Positions 11,971 to 25,442 of a DNA stretch of 64,000 bases are shown here, in pieces. The position numbers and the translations under genes are program-made. The DNA comes from Mobula hypostoma (taxonomy: Eukaryota): positions 216,196,001 to 216,260,000 of the forward strand of contig NC_086097.1 of NCBI RefSeq assembly GCF_963921235.1. The letters are read 5' to 3'. Positions within the stretch are counted from its first letter, which is position 1; each line of letters starts with the position of its first letter. The notes under the pieces were generated by a model. The model searched no databases and was not told the DNA's origin. It saw only the letters and a list, made by a program, of their open reading frames with translations.

Positions 11971-13635
11971 AAATGCCTAATAGTGCTGGATCTGGCCCTT
12001 CCCACATCCGCCTGTTTTGGAGATGGCTGAGAGGGAGAGAAGTTTCAATACACCCAGTAGGCCTCAAGCACACAGCCAGTGAAGCCCCGCCCTACATCAT
12101 CCCATGGTTCTGACAGCACACAATTCTCAAAGTCTTTTGAAAGTTTTTAAAAAATGTTTCTGAAAGCCATCTGCTTAAAAATATTTTCATCAAGAAGCTA
12201 AATTAACAATTAAACTTGATCTTATGGTAAAATGCAACATCACATCAGTCAGCCTTGGTCGTAGACAGCTGAGGCAGAAGATACAAAGTGTTTCCCACAC
12301 TTGCTTCCAGCCCATTAGTGCCAGAGGTCATTGGCACCAGCATTCCAAATGCAAATGACCTTTGGCATGTTAGATACTCAGGGATTTGAACTTCACTTCC
12401 GCATGGACTTTTGCATTTGGCTGCAAAGTTGTGCTAACTAAAGTCTGAACAGAGCTGGCAACTACCTACAGAGCCAACAGCTAGAAGGGAGCTTGATCAG
12501 CACTGAACTGTCTCTCCCACGTTCATCGATCCAGCTTTGGGATTCCCAACAAATTGATCACTGACCCAAGGATGTGAAGCAGATGACTTTAGTATTGTAA
12601 ACCAATCCTAGTCTGGCCAAGGAGTTTAATACTGTAAGTACTTAAATATCCTATTAATTGGACATCTGAGAGTCCAAATGCTGTTAATTTAATGCTTGAC
12701 ATGAGAATTTACCATTCCCTACAATAAAGCAAAAAGACAGGAGCACATTTTAATCAGCAGGACTAGGAAGGAGAAGCAAAATGACAGACTGAGCTATCCT
12801 CAAGGCATACCCAATGAACAAGTCCAATATCCTGAAGTAGCTGTTGAGCCTTTTATCAGGAGCTGCAACAATATTTTGCATACAACCTGTGCTCATCACT
12901 TGCCCGGTAACATTTTGCTTCAAGGTTTTTGGCTTTAATGCAAAAAAACTCTCTGGTGATCTTGTCCTGAATTAAGATTCTTAACTCCTTATATTGCATT
13001 CATAGGTCTAAAACAATTAATCCTGGGCAGTATCACAGGCCAGAAGACATTGATTTTATTGTTTCCAATGCTGGCAATCCAAGGTCCATTGAACTAAATT
13101 GTCAATACTTAGCCATGAAAATTATCTATTGACATAGAGTAAAAATAAGGTCAAAATGCCATCTTCAAAACTACTTCACAAGAAGATTACACACTACAAA
13201 AATATTTACTATGGTAGCTTTAATATCAGCAACATCAGCCTTAAAATATTCTTCACAATGCAGACCTAGGTATTAAAATCATTGATTGCTTAGAAATACA
13301 ACTCTAATCAATATCATTGTGAACTTCTTGTTGTGGCTGATTGGCATTAAGAAAACAAGCAAACACACCTGGATTCGTAGAACTCAATCTGAAATACAGT
13401 GACTCATGTAATAGGCAAAATTCAGTTTCTAACTTCCCCAGACGGTTGCTGGTGCTTCGATGTCTCCCCAAGAGTCTGGTATAACCAGTGGCCAACTAAC
13501 TGCAAACCTGTTGGATTCTGGAAACTGGAGAAATCTGAAAAAAAACAGTTCCCAGAGGACAAATCTTTAGGAACCCCACTAAAGCTTGCAGGTTATCTAC
13601 ATTAACATCAGTAAGCAAGGGCTTTAGGAAAAGTC

Positions 13636-14350
13636 CATAAGATATAGGAGCAGAATTAGGTCATTTAGCCCATTGAATTTGCTCTGCCATTCAATGGTGA
13701 CTGATTTATTTTCCCTCTCAACCCCATTTTCCTGTCATTTCCCTGTCACTTTTGATGTCCTTACTAATAAAGAACCTATTAACCTCCATTTCAAATACAG
13801 CCAATGACTTAGCCTCCACAGCAGTCTGTGCAATTAATTCCACAGATTCATCACCTTTTGAATAAAAAAATTCCTCTTCATCTTTGATCTGAAGGGATAT
13901 CCTTGTACAATAACTGGGAAACTATCCAATTCCTACCTCTTATTTACGAGCTTACACATTTTGTAAACAACTTAAGAGCAATATTCAAAGTTCAAGTAAA
14001 TGTATTATCGAAATCCATGTATGTCATCATATACAACCCTGAGATTCATTTTCTTGCAGGCATACTCAATAAATCTAATATAGAATCAAAGAAAGATCGC
14101 ATCAATTTAGGCATTCAATCACTGTACAAAAGACAACAAACGGTGCAAATACACAAAAATAAATAAATAATTAAACACTAAATATCAAGAGCATGAGATG
14201 AAGAGTCCCTGAAAGTTAGTTCATAGGTTGTGGGAACATCTCAGTGGTGGGGTAAGTGAAGTTGAGTGAAGTTATCCCCTTTGGTTCAAAAGCCTGATGG
14301 TTGAGGGGTACTAACTTTTCCTGAACCTGGTTGTATTCACTCTCCTGAAG
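13636..14350 (-). mobile_element. Adjacent CR1 3' tail (13636-~13905) and Rex1 3' tail (~13985-14350)
   Basis: The first part resembles 16019-16330 and the second resembles 10864-11170. Confidence 0.7.
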
Positions 14351-15872
14351 GCAGCATGCACGTCGCTCTCAGAGACTGAAATCTCAGGGGTCATCAGAGG
14401 CTGTGGGAGTTTGTGACGGTTCCAATATCACAAAGCAATTGGCCACATGCCAACAGTGAAATATAGGAACAAAGAACTCATTTAACTAATTGGATTCCAG
14501 TTGAAATGTATTATTTGACATTGAACATACCTGTACTTGAGAAAATTCTGGTGTTAGACTTCAGAGAAGAAATCAGATAATGCAAATCAGTGTAAGCAGG
14601 TCAAGCATTTCCCACAGGCAGATATATATTATTTATTCTACGTCTTAGCCAGATTTTGGAGAGTGGTTGCTTGTCCCAGTGCCACCGTCACAAGGGGTTC
14701 AAAACGAGTGAGAGAAGTTGGTGGTAGGTCTGGACGGATGCCCAGATCACAGAACTACATACCATAAACTTAAACTAATAAAACAAACTGAGAGTTGTTT
14801 TTTTTTCTTTTCAATTTATGGGTTAAAATTTCCTGAAACCTTAATTAAAATGGGATTCACCCAACAAACATTACAAATTGTTAAAATTTAGGTCATTGTT
14901 TCTTTCATAAAATATTGAAACTCCTGGTAGAGTGGTTGCATTTAATTTGGCAGTGAAGTGGATGGATTAGTTGGCTGCTGTTAGGTTTGGAGGGACATCT
15001 GAAGCTCCATCTCGACTAAACTCCAATCCATCCTTCCACAGTGACTGTTCTAAAATGTGCTCCCAAAGCATGAACTAAGTGGTCTATTGGCATATGGTGA
15101 TGCCTCCATTAGAGAGCCAAATGTGGGATGCCTGTTTCAGAACAGCTGCTGTGGAATTCTGCACTGCACAGCTGATTCCCTGTAACAGCTGGGAGTCCTC
15201 TGTAATCCATACAGAAAACACCGAGTCTGCTGGGAACAAATATTTATGAAGGTAAAAATATTGGCAAGATTGAAAAAGAAGCTAATCAATCATTTAAACC
15301 TTTAATAACCATTTTGTCATTGAGGACCCATGCGTCAATACTTACTGAAATTGCACTGAACAAAAAGTGGCTAATTTTGGCTTCATGATAAAGAGATGTG
15401 AGGTGAAATATAAAATTGGAGATTTTCATTTATTTTCCTTTTTTTGTTTCTTCCTGTTTATTTACACTGTCATTCTTCAACTATCCCGTTGAGTAGAAAA
15501 ATGAGCCAAACTCACCCACAACATCCAAAAACAACAATGTTTTACGAGTCTGCCAGTATAATCTGTGATACATTGCGTAAGACCTACGAGGCTTGATTTT
15601 TATAGATTAGGCCATGTTGTTAGTTCTAACATCGCACTGTGAGATGGCTAATGCTACATAGTCATATTGACCGTATGGGAGGGAAAGAGGATATTTGGCC
15701 CTCTGACCTCCCTTCCCTCCTCTTCTGACCTTTGAGTCATCCTCCTACTGACAAAAGATTAAGAAAATATCCAAAATAGGAGCAGTCCAATCCGAAAATA
15801 ATAATTCAAACATCACATGTTGCAGACAAAATTAGGTTTTACTGGTACCTCACATATCATTGCTTGGTCCTT

Positions 15873-15934
15873 TGTCATTGGCACTCTATATTTCCAGAAG
15901 CCATGTTATTGGCACTCTAAATTTCCAGAAGCTA
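15873..15934. repeat. 31-bp tandem duplication (2 units, 28/31 identical)
   Basis: TGTCATTGGCACTCTATATTTCCAGAAGCCA / TGTTATTGGCACTCTAAATTTCCAGAAGCTA. Confidence 0.9.
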
Positions 15935-16882
15935 TAGCCTATGTTTTGGAGTTTACTGTCTAAGGCCAGTGCTATCTTTTTCACCAACGTCTCTGCTAAT
16001 TACTTAAGCTCATTGATACCATAACACCATAACACAGAGCTGCAGAATTAGGCCATTTGGCCCATTGAGTCTGCTCTGCCATTTCATCATGGTTTGATCT
16101 ATTTCTCTCTCAACCCCATTCTTCTGCCTTCTCCCCGTAACCTCTCATGCCCTGACTAATCAAGAACCTATCAAAGTTCATCTTAAAAAGATCCAATGAC
16201 CTGGCCTCCACAGCTGCATGTGCCGAGGAATTCCACAGATTCACTCCCTCCTGGCCTAAGAAATTCCTTCTCATCTCTGTCCTAAATGGACATCCCTCTG
16301 TTCTGAAGCTGTGTCATCTGGTTCTAGGCCACACACCACAAGAAACATCTGCTCCACAAATCCACTCTATCTAGGCCTTTCGACATTCAATAGGTCAATG
16401 AGATCCCCCTTCATTCTTCTATATTCCAGCAGGTAAAGGCCTGGAGCCATCAATCGCTCCTCATATGATAAGCTTTTCATTCCCAGAATCATTCTCTTGA
16501 ACTTCCCTGAACCCTCTCCATTGTCAGAATATCCTTTCTTAAATAAGTAGCCCAAAGCTGCTCACAATACTCCAAGTGAGCCCTTACCAGTGTCTTATAA
16601 AGCCTCAGCATTAAATCCTTGCTTTTGCATTCTAATCCTATCAAAACGAATGCTAACATTGCATTTGATTTTCTCACCACTGACTCCATCTGCAAATTAA
16701 CCTTTCAGGAATCCTGCACGTGGACTCCCAAGTCCCTTTGCACCTCAGATCTTTTGAATTTTTCTCCCTGTTTAGAAAATAGTCTCTGCTTTTATTCCTT
16801 TTACCAAAATACATGACTGTGCACATCCCAACACTGTATTCCATTTGCCACTCCTTTGCCTATTCTCCTAATCTGTCTAGGT

Positions 16883-18700
16883 CAGTGATTCCCAGTGGGG
16901 GTGGCGTTCAAGATTCTTGATGGTTACTAAGTGGCACCCTAACTTGAAGCACATGACATGACCGACCATGTCAACTTGTTGCTGTCGTCAGATAGGCATT
17001 CCTAGTTTCTCTTAATTTTTAATTTTAATTTAGCCCCATTAATGTTGGACAAATATATACGGCATGATCTCTATGAGTCTGAAGGAGGTGAAGCCTTGAA
17101 TTCTATTCCTGCTAAGAAACAGGAATTACAGAAAATTCATTAATACAATTTTACATGCCTGCAATATGGTTGTATTCCATTCCCAACAGATCAGCGGCAC
17201 CAAAGTGTCCTATTTGTAATTCTGTACTGTTTAATGAAACCATAAAACCATCAAGGTTGCAGGAATACTTCCATAAAAGACGCCCGGAAAGGCTACTTTA
17301 TAGTATTACTCAGTTCCAGAAGATGAAAGAAGCATTTGAAAAGCGTTGCACACTCAAGTCATTTTCCAGGAAAGCCAAAAATGACCTTGATAGTGGTCTC
17401 ACTGCTTCTTATAACATTTCCAAAATGATAGCAAAGTGTGGAAAATCTCATACAAGTGCCGGTTTAGTGGCATTTATAATAAAATGAAATTCCAAGTCTG
17501 TTTGCAAACCGTTGCATAATTCATTGTCAACATTTCACAGCCAAAATCCTCAGCCAGTGACATTTTTCAAGCTTGACTCTTATAGTGTCTGCTATCAAGA
17601 AAACTGAAGCTCATCCATTAAATAGCAGAATATTTTGCCAGTTATGCCTAGGTAACGATGAAGAATTTGAGCACTTCAAACTGAAGTACGTTGGTTGTCA
17701 AAAGGCTGCAGCTTAAAATGCTTCTTTGGTCTTATTGACACTGTGGCTGAATTTTTGCTCAAAGCTGTCAAGAGCTTGGGAAACAAAATTGAACTTCTGC
17801 GTGGAGATGTGGCATACCTAGCCGATCTGTATGACAAAATGAACATTCTAAGTATGAAACTACAGGGTGAAAATTTCAATTTAATCCAGGCAAAAAGTGC
17901 AGTGTCTACTTTTATCAGAAAATTAGAAATATATAAGCAAAACACTGGAAGAAGAACGTTCTCACTGTTTCCCTGCATGGAAAGTATGGCACTCTCTTTC
18001 AGAGGCAGTGATTTGCAAGGGTACTACTTACACCTGTAGTCACAGAAGAAGGATTTTCAGAATTGATTCAAGGATTTAAATGATCTGGAAATTCTAGACT
18101 GGATAGCTAACCCGTTTCTTTGCAAGGTGGAGAACAGGAAGAGAGCTTGCAAGAAGCAATTATCGAAATTCAGAATGATGTAAAAGCAAAAATACTTTTC
18201 AAAAATGCCGGCTTTTGTGGTATGTGGCTACACTGTCATACAAATTATCCTGGTCTTTGGAGAAGAGTCAAACTGTTCTCATTGCTTTTCCATCCTCCTA
18301 CTTTCTTGAAAGAGGCTTCAGTACAATGAACCATGTTAGTCTCGTGAGACCATGGATGAACCACACACTCACAAAAAACAGAAACCGCTTGGAGATGTTC
18401 ACGCCTGGGTACTTAAGGCTTTTATTTCAACTTTTGCTAAAAGCCATCAAGCTGAAGGATCACATTGATATCGAAGCTGCTCTACAGTGCACATGCATTG
18501 AGTAAGCTAGATTTAAAGAGAAATAAAAATTTAAAGCAGTATCATCTTTCTCATATTAGCATATGGTAGACATGTTTTTACACTGGAAAGCATATGGTGC
18601 CTAAGAGGGCCTTTGGTAAGTATGAAGGTTCTTTAGGGGGGCATTGGAAAATATGAAAGCTTTGAGGGGTGTTGGACTAAAAAAAGGTTGGGTAACACTG
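16883..18700 (+). mobile_element. hAT (Buster/Charlie-type) transposon, internally deleted, decayed transposase
   Basis: Termini CAGTGATTCCCA / TTGGGTAACACTG. Perfect 8-bp TSD GTCTAGGT (16875-16882, 18701-18708) with central TA. Transposase pieces include a BED-like finger (CPICNSVLFNETIKPSRLQEYFH), TEVRWLSKG, AYLADLY and AFPSSYFLERGFS. Confidence 0.95.
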
Positions 18701-19805
18701 GTCTAGGTCGTTCTGCAGGCTCCCTGCTTCATCAACACTACCTGCCCTCCACCTATCTTCACATTGTCTACATACTTGGCCACAAAGCCACCAATTCCAT
18801 CATTCAAATCATTGACATACAATGTAAAAAGAAACAGTCCCAACAATGAAAACCACTAGTCACCAGCAGCAAACCAGAAAAGGGGCCTTTCATTACACTC
18901 TTTGCCTGCTGCCAATCAGCCAATGCTTGATCCATGTTAGTATTTTTCCTGTAATACCATGGGCTCCTATCTTGTTAAGCAGCATCATGTGTGGCACCTT
19001 ATCAAAGCCCTTGTGAAAATCAAAGTACACATCATTAGCAACTCTCCTTTGTCTGTCCTGCTTGTTATTTCTTCAAAGAATTCTAGTAGATTTGTCAGGC
19101 AAGGTATTGCTTTAAGAAACTATGCTGACTTTGACCTACTTTATCATGTACCTCCAAGTATCCAAAAACCACATCCTTAACAATTGATTCCAACACTGAA
19201 TTCAGGCTAACAGGCTTATAATTTCCTTTCTTCTGCCTCCTTCCTTTGTGGAAGAGTGGAGTGATATTTGCAATTTTTCCAGTTCTCCAGAACCATGCCA
19301 GAATCTACTGATTCTTGAGAAATCATTACTAATGCCTTCACAATCTCTTCAGCTACAGTTCCTCTTTCAGAACAGTGAGGTATAGTCCATCTGGTCCTAT
19401 TCACTTATCTTCCTCTCAGACCTTCCAGTTTCCTAAGCACCTCTCCAGAATACTAGCAGCTGCGTTCACCTCTGCCCCCTGACACTCTCAAACTTCCAGC
19501 ATACTGATAGTGCTTTTCACTGTGAATACTGATACAAAATTTTTATTCACTTTGTTTGCCATTTCCTTGTTGCCCATTACCACTTCTCCAGCATAATTTT
19601 CCAGTAATCAAATATCTACTCTTGCCTCTCCTTTACTCTTTAGATATCTGATGTTGTTGTACCTTTATATTTCATATTTTCACCCCATATGGCTTTTATA
19701 GTTGCCTTTCTGTTGGTTTTTAAAGGTTTCCCAATGCTCTAACTTCCCAACAATTTTTGCTGTATCATCTGCCCTCCCTTTTGCTTTTAAGTTGGCTTTG
19801 ACTTG

Positions 19806-20652
19806 GAGGAGAGGCAAGGAAAGATTGTGACAGAGCTTTTTGCAGTCCCAGGTGAATTCTTCCAGTTTATCCACAGAACAGCTTACTCTTCTTCTCTCGT
19901 GCCTTTCTTTTCTTTTCAAGGTGGTTGCGGTTTTGTCGGAGCCCATGATCTACAGCTCAAACTCTGGTTCTCTGCAAGCGGTGGGTCTTCAGATCGGCTG
20001 TGCGGCCTGGAGTATCACTATGTCCAGGAGTAGCCTGGAAGGTGTGTGCCGTCAGGGAGAGGCCCCGTAGACAACCCAGTTCCCTGCCAAGTTTGCCAAC
20101 TGAAGTGTCATGGGAGAATGAAACATCGAGCCAACAGGCGGTGCGCTTGCTAGTCACTGGCAGCTGCTGGAAAAAGGCCCCTGTACCTGAGTGATCCCTT
20201 TCCTTCTCTCTCCCTTTTGATGGTGAGTGAGAACCTGTCAGTCATCAAGTCGGGGGGTTTGGAGAAGTGACATGGAAAATTGTAACATCAGAACAGTGAG
20301 TTGCTCATCTCCTCCCTCATTGTTGCAGGAGAGCGATCGTTTCTCCCTCGATGGAGAGACCGAGCTTTTCTGGGATACCAAACTACTGGGTTATGGACTG
20401 CAGTTCTTGATGAACTCTAGATTAAAGTCTCCTTGGGGACATTTGTTATTGCTTGCATGGTGGGGTGGGGGAGGGGTGGTCAGTGCTTCTGCTGTGGGTT
20501 GTACAATGGGAGAGGGAGGGGGGTTTTGGAGTTCTGATGTTTCTATCATTCAGTCTATGGGGTTTCTTGTTTCATTGGTGTCTGTGAAGATTAGGCATTT
20601 CAGGTTATCTACTGGTTACATGCTCTGATATTAAACTGAACCATTTGAACCT
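19806..20652 (+). mobile_element. Non-coding retroposon-like insertion (probably non-autonomous, LINE-mobilised)
   Basis: It interrupts the CR1 sequence. The 5' part is GC/CpG-richer, and the 3' end ATTAAA-CTGAACCATTTGAACC resembles Rex1-type tails. No coding similarity. Confidence 0.55.
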
Positions 20653-22439
20653 TCTCAGCCACAGTCACATGCTCCTGCCTTTAGAATACTTCTTTGGGAT
20701 GTGTCTATCCTGCATCTTCTGAATTGCTCCAAGAAACTCCAGTCATTGCTGCTCTACCATTATCCCATCTAACTATGGAAACTCCTATCGTTGCTGCATT
20801 CCTCTTCTCCGCCCCCCCCCCTTCCTTTCAGTTGCATAGCACCAGATTCAGTCCCAGAGACTAGGTTGCTGTGGCTCCTCCCAGGTAAGTCATACCCCTC
20901 AACAATATCCAAAATGGTATGCTTATTATTGAGGGAAACAGTCACAGATGTACTCTGTACTGACTGACCATTCCCTTCCCTCTCCTGAGCCAATCAATCA
21001 TTTACCTGCCCCCTGCAATGCAGGGGTCACTACCTCCCTGTAGGTCCTATCTATCATCTCCTCAGTTTCCCATATGAGTCGCAGGTCATCGAGCTGCAGC
21101 TCCAGTTCCTTGACACACTCTCTGAGGAGCTGTAGCTCGGGGCACATGGTGATGTCCCAGAATTCCCACATCAAACACAAAGAGCACAACACAGACCCTG
21201 GAGCCATTCTCACTGCTCTAACTATGCACTGACAGAAGAAGAGTGAAGAATGAAGAAGAAACTTAGCAGATAATTAACTCACGCAAGACTGTTCTCACCA
21301 AAGTCCAATGACTCAAAGCCTCCCCACTCTAACACTGGTCACTCTAACAATGGCTGTTCCACTTGTCCCTGCCTTATTTTTGTTTGCCTTTGCTAATGAA
21401 TCATGATTATGCCTCCAAAAAAAGCCAAAACCCCGTGATATCTTCTTTGTAAAAAATGTTTCATTCCCAGATGGGCATGAGGCCTCCTGTGCCAATTCAA
21501 CTGCAACTGTGCTGCTTAAAGATGCCGAAATCCCGTGAAAGCTTCTTTATAAAATCTCTTGCTCCCGAACCTGTGTGAGGCCTCCTGTGCCAATTCGACT
21601 CCAAAAACCTCCGCAATATCTCCTTGAGCTAGGGGTGAAAAGTGGCAACCAGAACTACACACAGTACTCCTAATTTAGCCTAATCAAAGTTCAATGCAGC
21701 TGTAACAAGACTTGTCAAATTTTATGCTCATTGTCACGACCAATAAAGGCAAGAATGCCATACACCTTCATTATTTCTCTATCTACTTGTGTTGCCATGT
21801 GCAGAGAGCCGTGGACATGCACCCCAAGATCCCTCCGTACTCTTAAGAGTCCTGCTGCTTACAGTATACTTTACTTTTGGATTTGATCTCTCAAAATGCA
21901 TCACCTCCCTGGATTAGGCTCATCTGCCACTTATCTATATCCACATTTCCAATTAATCTATATCTTGCTGTAATGACTTTGACTTAAAGTGACCAAACCA
22001 ATTCTATTTCATTAACCCCTGGTGCTTTGTTATTAGCGAAGTGCTTTAAGCATATGATAAGCCAATTGTGCAGTGTGCATATTACCACTGTGGTCAAGAC
22101 CCAGTCCTGGAAATCTGAGTAGTGCTCAAGGCCTCTTTTCTTTGATTTCAGAGAAGGGCAATAGAGAGCTCCTGGGTACTTCTTGCACAAATCTTATTCG
22201 CAGACAAATAGGCTGTGTGCAAGGTGGCCCATGAACACTAATCTAGGCCTTCATAAGACATGTGACTTGTACTCCATTCATAGAGTCACAGAGTCATAGA
22301 CAAGAACAGTACAGAACCAGGCTCTTCGGCCCATCTAGCCTGTGCCAAACCATTTAAACTGTCTATTACCATTGACCTGCACTTGGACCATAGCGCACCA
22401 TACCCCTGCTCTATGTACTCCACATGCCTACTCAAAATT

Positions 22440-23535
22440 CTTCAGTTGTAGACCTCAGTTAGTTCAGAATGACAACATCTCCTCCATCATCACAGGTGCA
22501 GCTCAGGGCTGTGTACTTAGCCCCTGCTCGACTCGCTTTACACCTGTGACTGTGTGGCTAAGTACGGCCTCAATATCATATTCAAGTTTGCTGATGACAC
22601 CACTGTTGTGGGCTGAATCAAACATGGCGATGAATCAGCAACCAGGAGGGAGATTGGAAATTTAGCTGAGTGGTGCCATAACAACAACACCTCACTCAAC
22701 GTCAGCAAGACCAAGGGACTGATTGTAAACTTCAGGAGAGGGAAAGAAGAGGTTTGTGTACCAGTCCTCGTCAGAGGATCAGAGGTGAGGGTTAGCAACT
22801 TTATATTCCTGGGTGTTACTATTTCAGGGGATCTGTCCCAGACCCAGCATGAAAGTGCAATTGCAAGCACGCCAGCACCTCTACGTCCTTAGAAGTCTGC
22901 GGAGATTCAGCATGACATCTAAAACTCTGACACGCTTCTATAGGTGTGTAGTGGAGAGTGGATCGACTGGCAGCATCACGGCCAGCACCAATGCCTTTGA
23001 ATGGTAAATCCTGCGAAAGGTAATGTATTCAGCCCAGTACAGCATGGCTAAAGCACTCCCAGCCATTGAGTATATCTAAATGATACGCTGCCACAGGAAA
23101 GCAGTATCCGTCATCAGAGATTCTCACCACCTAGGCCGTGCTCTTTTCTCACTGCTGCCATCAGGTAGAAGATATAAGAGCCTCAGGACTCTCACCACCA
23201 GGTTCAAGAACAGTTACTACCCCACAACCATCAGACTCTTCAACAAAGGGGATAACTACACTCACTTGCCCATCCAGTGAGATGTTCCCACAACCAATGA
23301 TCTCACTTTAAGGACTCTTTATCTTGTTATTTCATGCTCTTGTTATTTTTTACTATTTATTTATATTAGCATTTTCACAGTTTGTTGTCTTTGGCACTCT
23401 GGGTGATCTTTCATTGATTCTGTTACAGTTACTATTCTATAGATTTGTTGAATATGCCCACTGGAAAATGTATCTCAGGGTTGTATGCAGTGACAGATAT
23501 GTAGTTTGATAATAAAATTTACTGTGAACTTTAAA
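22440..23535 (+). mobile_element. Rex1/Babar LINE, 5'-truncated
   Basis: TGAAQGCVLSP, KFADDT, and ORF 23080-23280 (LFSLLPSGRRYKSLRTLTTRFKNSYYP). It ends in AATAAA plus a TGAACTT tail. Confidence 0.9.
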
Positions 23536-24499
23536 CATTGAAAGTGTTTAATTGGAGTAAGGGGAATTATGAGACTATCAGCAAGAACTTGGAAGCATAA
23601 ATTGGAAACAGATGTTCTCAGGGAAATGTACGGAAGAAATGTGGCAAATGTTCAGGGGATATTTGCATGGAGTTCTGCATAGATACCAGAATAAATAGGT
23701 GGTTGTGGGGAACTAGACAGGCTGGGCATGTCCTTCACTCCTAAAGGTAGATAAAAAGAAGAAGGGTGACTGAAACAGACTGAGAAATAAAGTGAAATGT
23801 AGAAGACACTAGCAGTGTTCCAGAGGTCCGTGAGTGTAAGGAAGCAGGAATGAGTGCCATTAAGGAAAAAGTGCCAGGCAAGCTCAAAAGTCTTTGGGTG
23901 GATAAGTCACCTGGACTAGATTCCTAAGAGAGGTTACTGAAGAGACAACGGATGCATTGGTCATGATCTTTCAAGAATCACTTGATTCTGGCATGGTCCC
24001 AGAGGACTGGAAAATGGCAAAAGTCACTCCGCTCTTTAAGAGGGGAGGAAGGCAAAAGAAAGGAAATTATAGGCCAGTTAGCCTAACATCAGTGGTTGGG
24101 AAAGTGTTGGAGTTAAGGATGAGATTTCGGGGTTCTTGGAGACTGATGATAAAATAAGTCAAAGTCAGCATGGTCCCTGACAAATCTGTTAGAGTTCTTC
24201 AAGAGAGTGACCAGCAGGGTGGATAAAGGAGAGGCAGTGGATGTCATTTAGTTGGATTTTCAAAAGACATTTGATAAGGTGCCACACATGAGGCTGCTTA
24301 ACAAGATAAAGTCCTGTAGAGTTACAGGAAAGATACTGGCATTGATAGAGGAATGGCTGACAGGCAGGAGGCAGTGAGTGGGAATAAAGGGGGCCTTTTC
24401 TGGTTGGCTGCCAGTGACTAGTGGTTTTCCTCAGGGGTCCAGGACTGCAGCTTTTCACATTGTTTGTCAATATTATAGATAATGGAATTGATGGCTTTG

Positions 24500-25442
24500 T
24501 GACATAGCTCAAATACCATCTATAAATTTGCTGACGATACAACTATTGTTGGTAGAATCTCAGGTGGTGACGAGAGGGCATATAGGAATGAGATATGCCA
24601 ACTAGTGGAATGGTGCCACAACAATAACCTGGCACTCAACGTCTGTAAGACGAAAGAGCCGATTGTGGACTTCAGGAAGGGTAAGACGAAAGAACACATA
24701 CCAATCCTCATAGAGGGATCAGAAGTGGAGAGAGTGAGCAGCTTCGAGTTCCTGGGTGTCAAGATCTCTGAGGATCTAACCTGGTCCCAACATATCGATG
24801 TAGTTATAAAGAAGGCAAGACAGCGGCTATACTTCATTAGGAGTTTGAAGAGATTTGGCTTGTCAACAAATGCACTCAAAAACTTCTATAGTTGTACCAT
24901 GGAGAGCATTCTGACAGGCTGCATCACTGTCTGGTATGGAGGGACTACTGCACAGGACTGAAAGAAGCTGCAGAGGGTTGTAAATCCAGTCTGCTCCATC
25001 TTGGGTACTAGCCTACAAAGTACCCAGGACATCTTTAGGAAGCAGTGTCTCAGAAAGGCAGCGTCCATTATTAAGGACCTCCAGCACCCAGGGCATGTCT
25101 TTTTCTCACTGTTACCATCAGGTAGGAGATACAGAAGCCTGATAGCACACACTCAGCGATTTAGGAACAGCTTCTTCCCCTCTGTCATCCGATTGCTAAA
25201 TGACTTTGAAGCTTTGGACACTACCTCATTTTTTTTAATATATATTTCTGTTTTTGCAGTTTTTTTAATCTATTCAATATATGTAATTGATTTACTTGTC
25301 AATTTATTATTATTATGTTTTATTTTATTTATTTATTTTTCTTTCTGCTGGATTATGTATTGTGTTGAATTGCTGCTGCTAAGTTAACAAAATTTCACGT
25401 CACGTGCCAGTGATAATAAACCTGATTCTGATTCTGATTCTG
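24500..25442 (+). mobile_element. Rex1/Babar LINE, 5'-truncated, relatively young
   Basis: IYKFADDT plus ORFs 24605-24961 and 25001-25387. It ends in AATAAA plus a (CTGATT)n tail. Confidence 0.93.

Larger units (their letters stand above)
16019..21620 (-). mobile_element. Old CR1 LINE (5' UTR, ORF1 and ORF2 remnants, tail) interrupted by two later insertions
   Basis: ORF1 N-terminus at 20998-21213 (CSLCLMWE...CPELQLLRECVKELELQLDDLR). ORF2 pieces at 19216-19404 and 16489-16695 (RLYKTLVRAHLEYCEQ). The tail is at 16019. The host sequence resumes across the hAT TSD. Confidence 0.85.

Noticed and set aside
13360..13540. Minus-strand exon-like segment (TTTTTTTTCAG acceptor, CAG/GTGTGT donor)
   Set aside because: All three frames contain a stop between these sites. 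At most it is a non-coding exon, and that is unsupported.
15873..15934. 31-bp direct repeats considered as CRISPR-like
   Set aside because: Only two adjacent units with no spacer, in a eukaryotic context. This is a simple tandem duplication.
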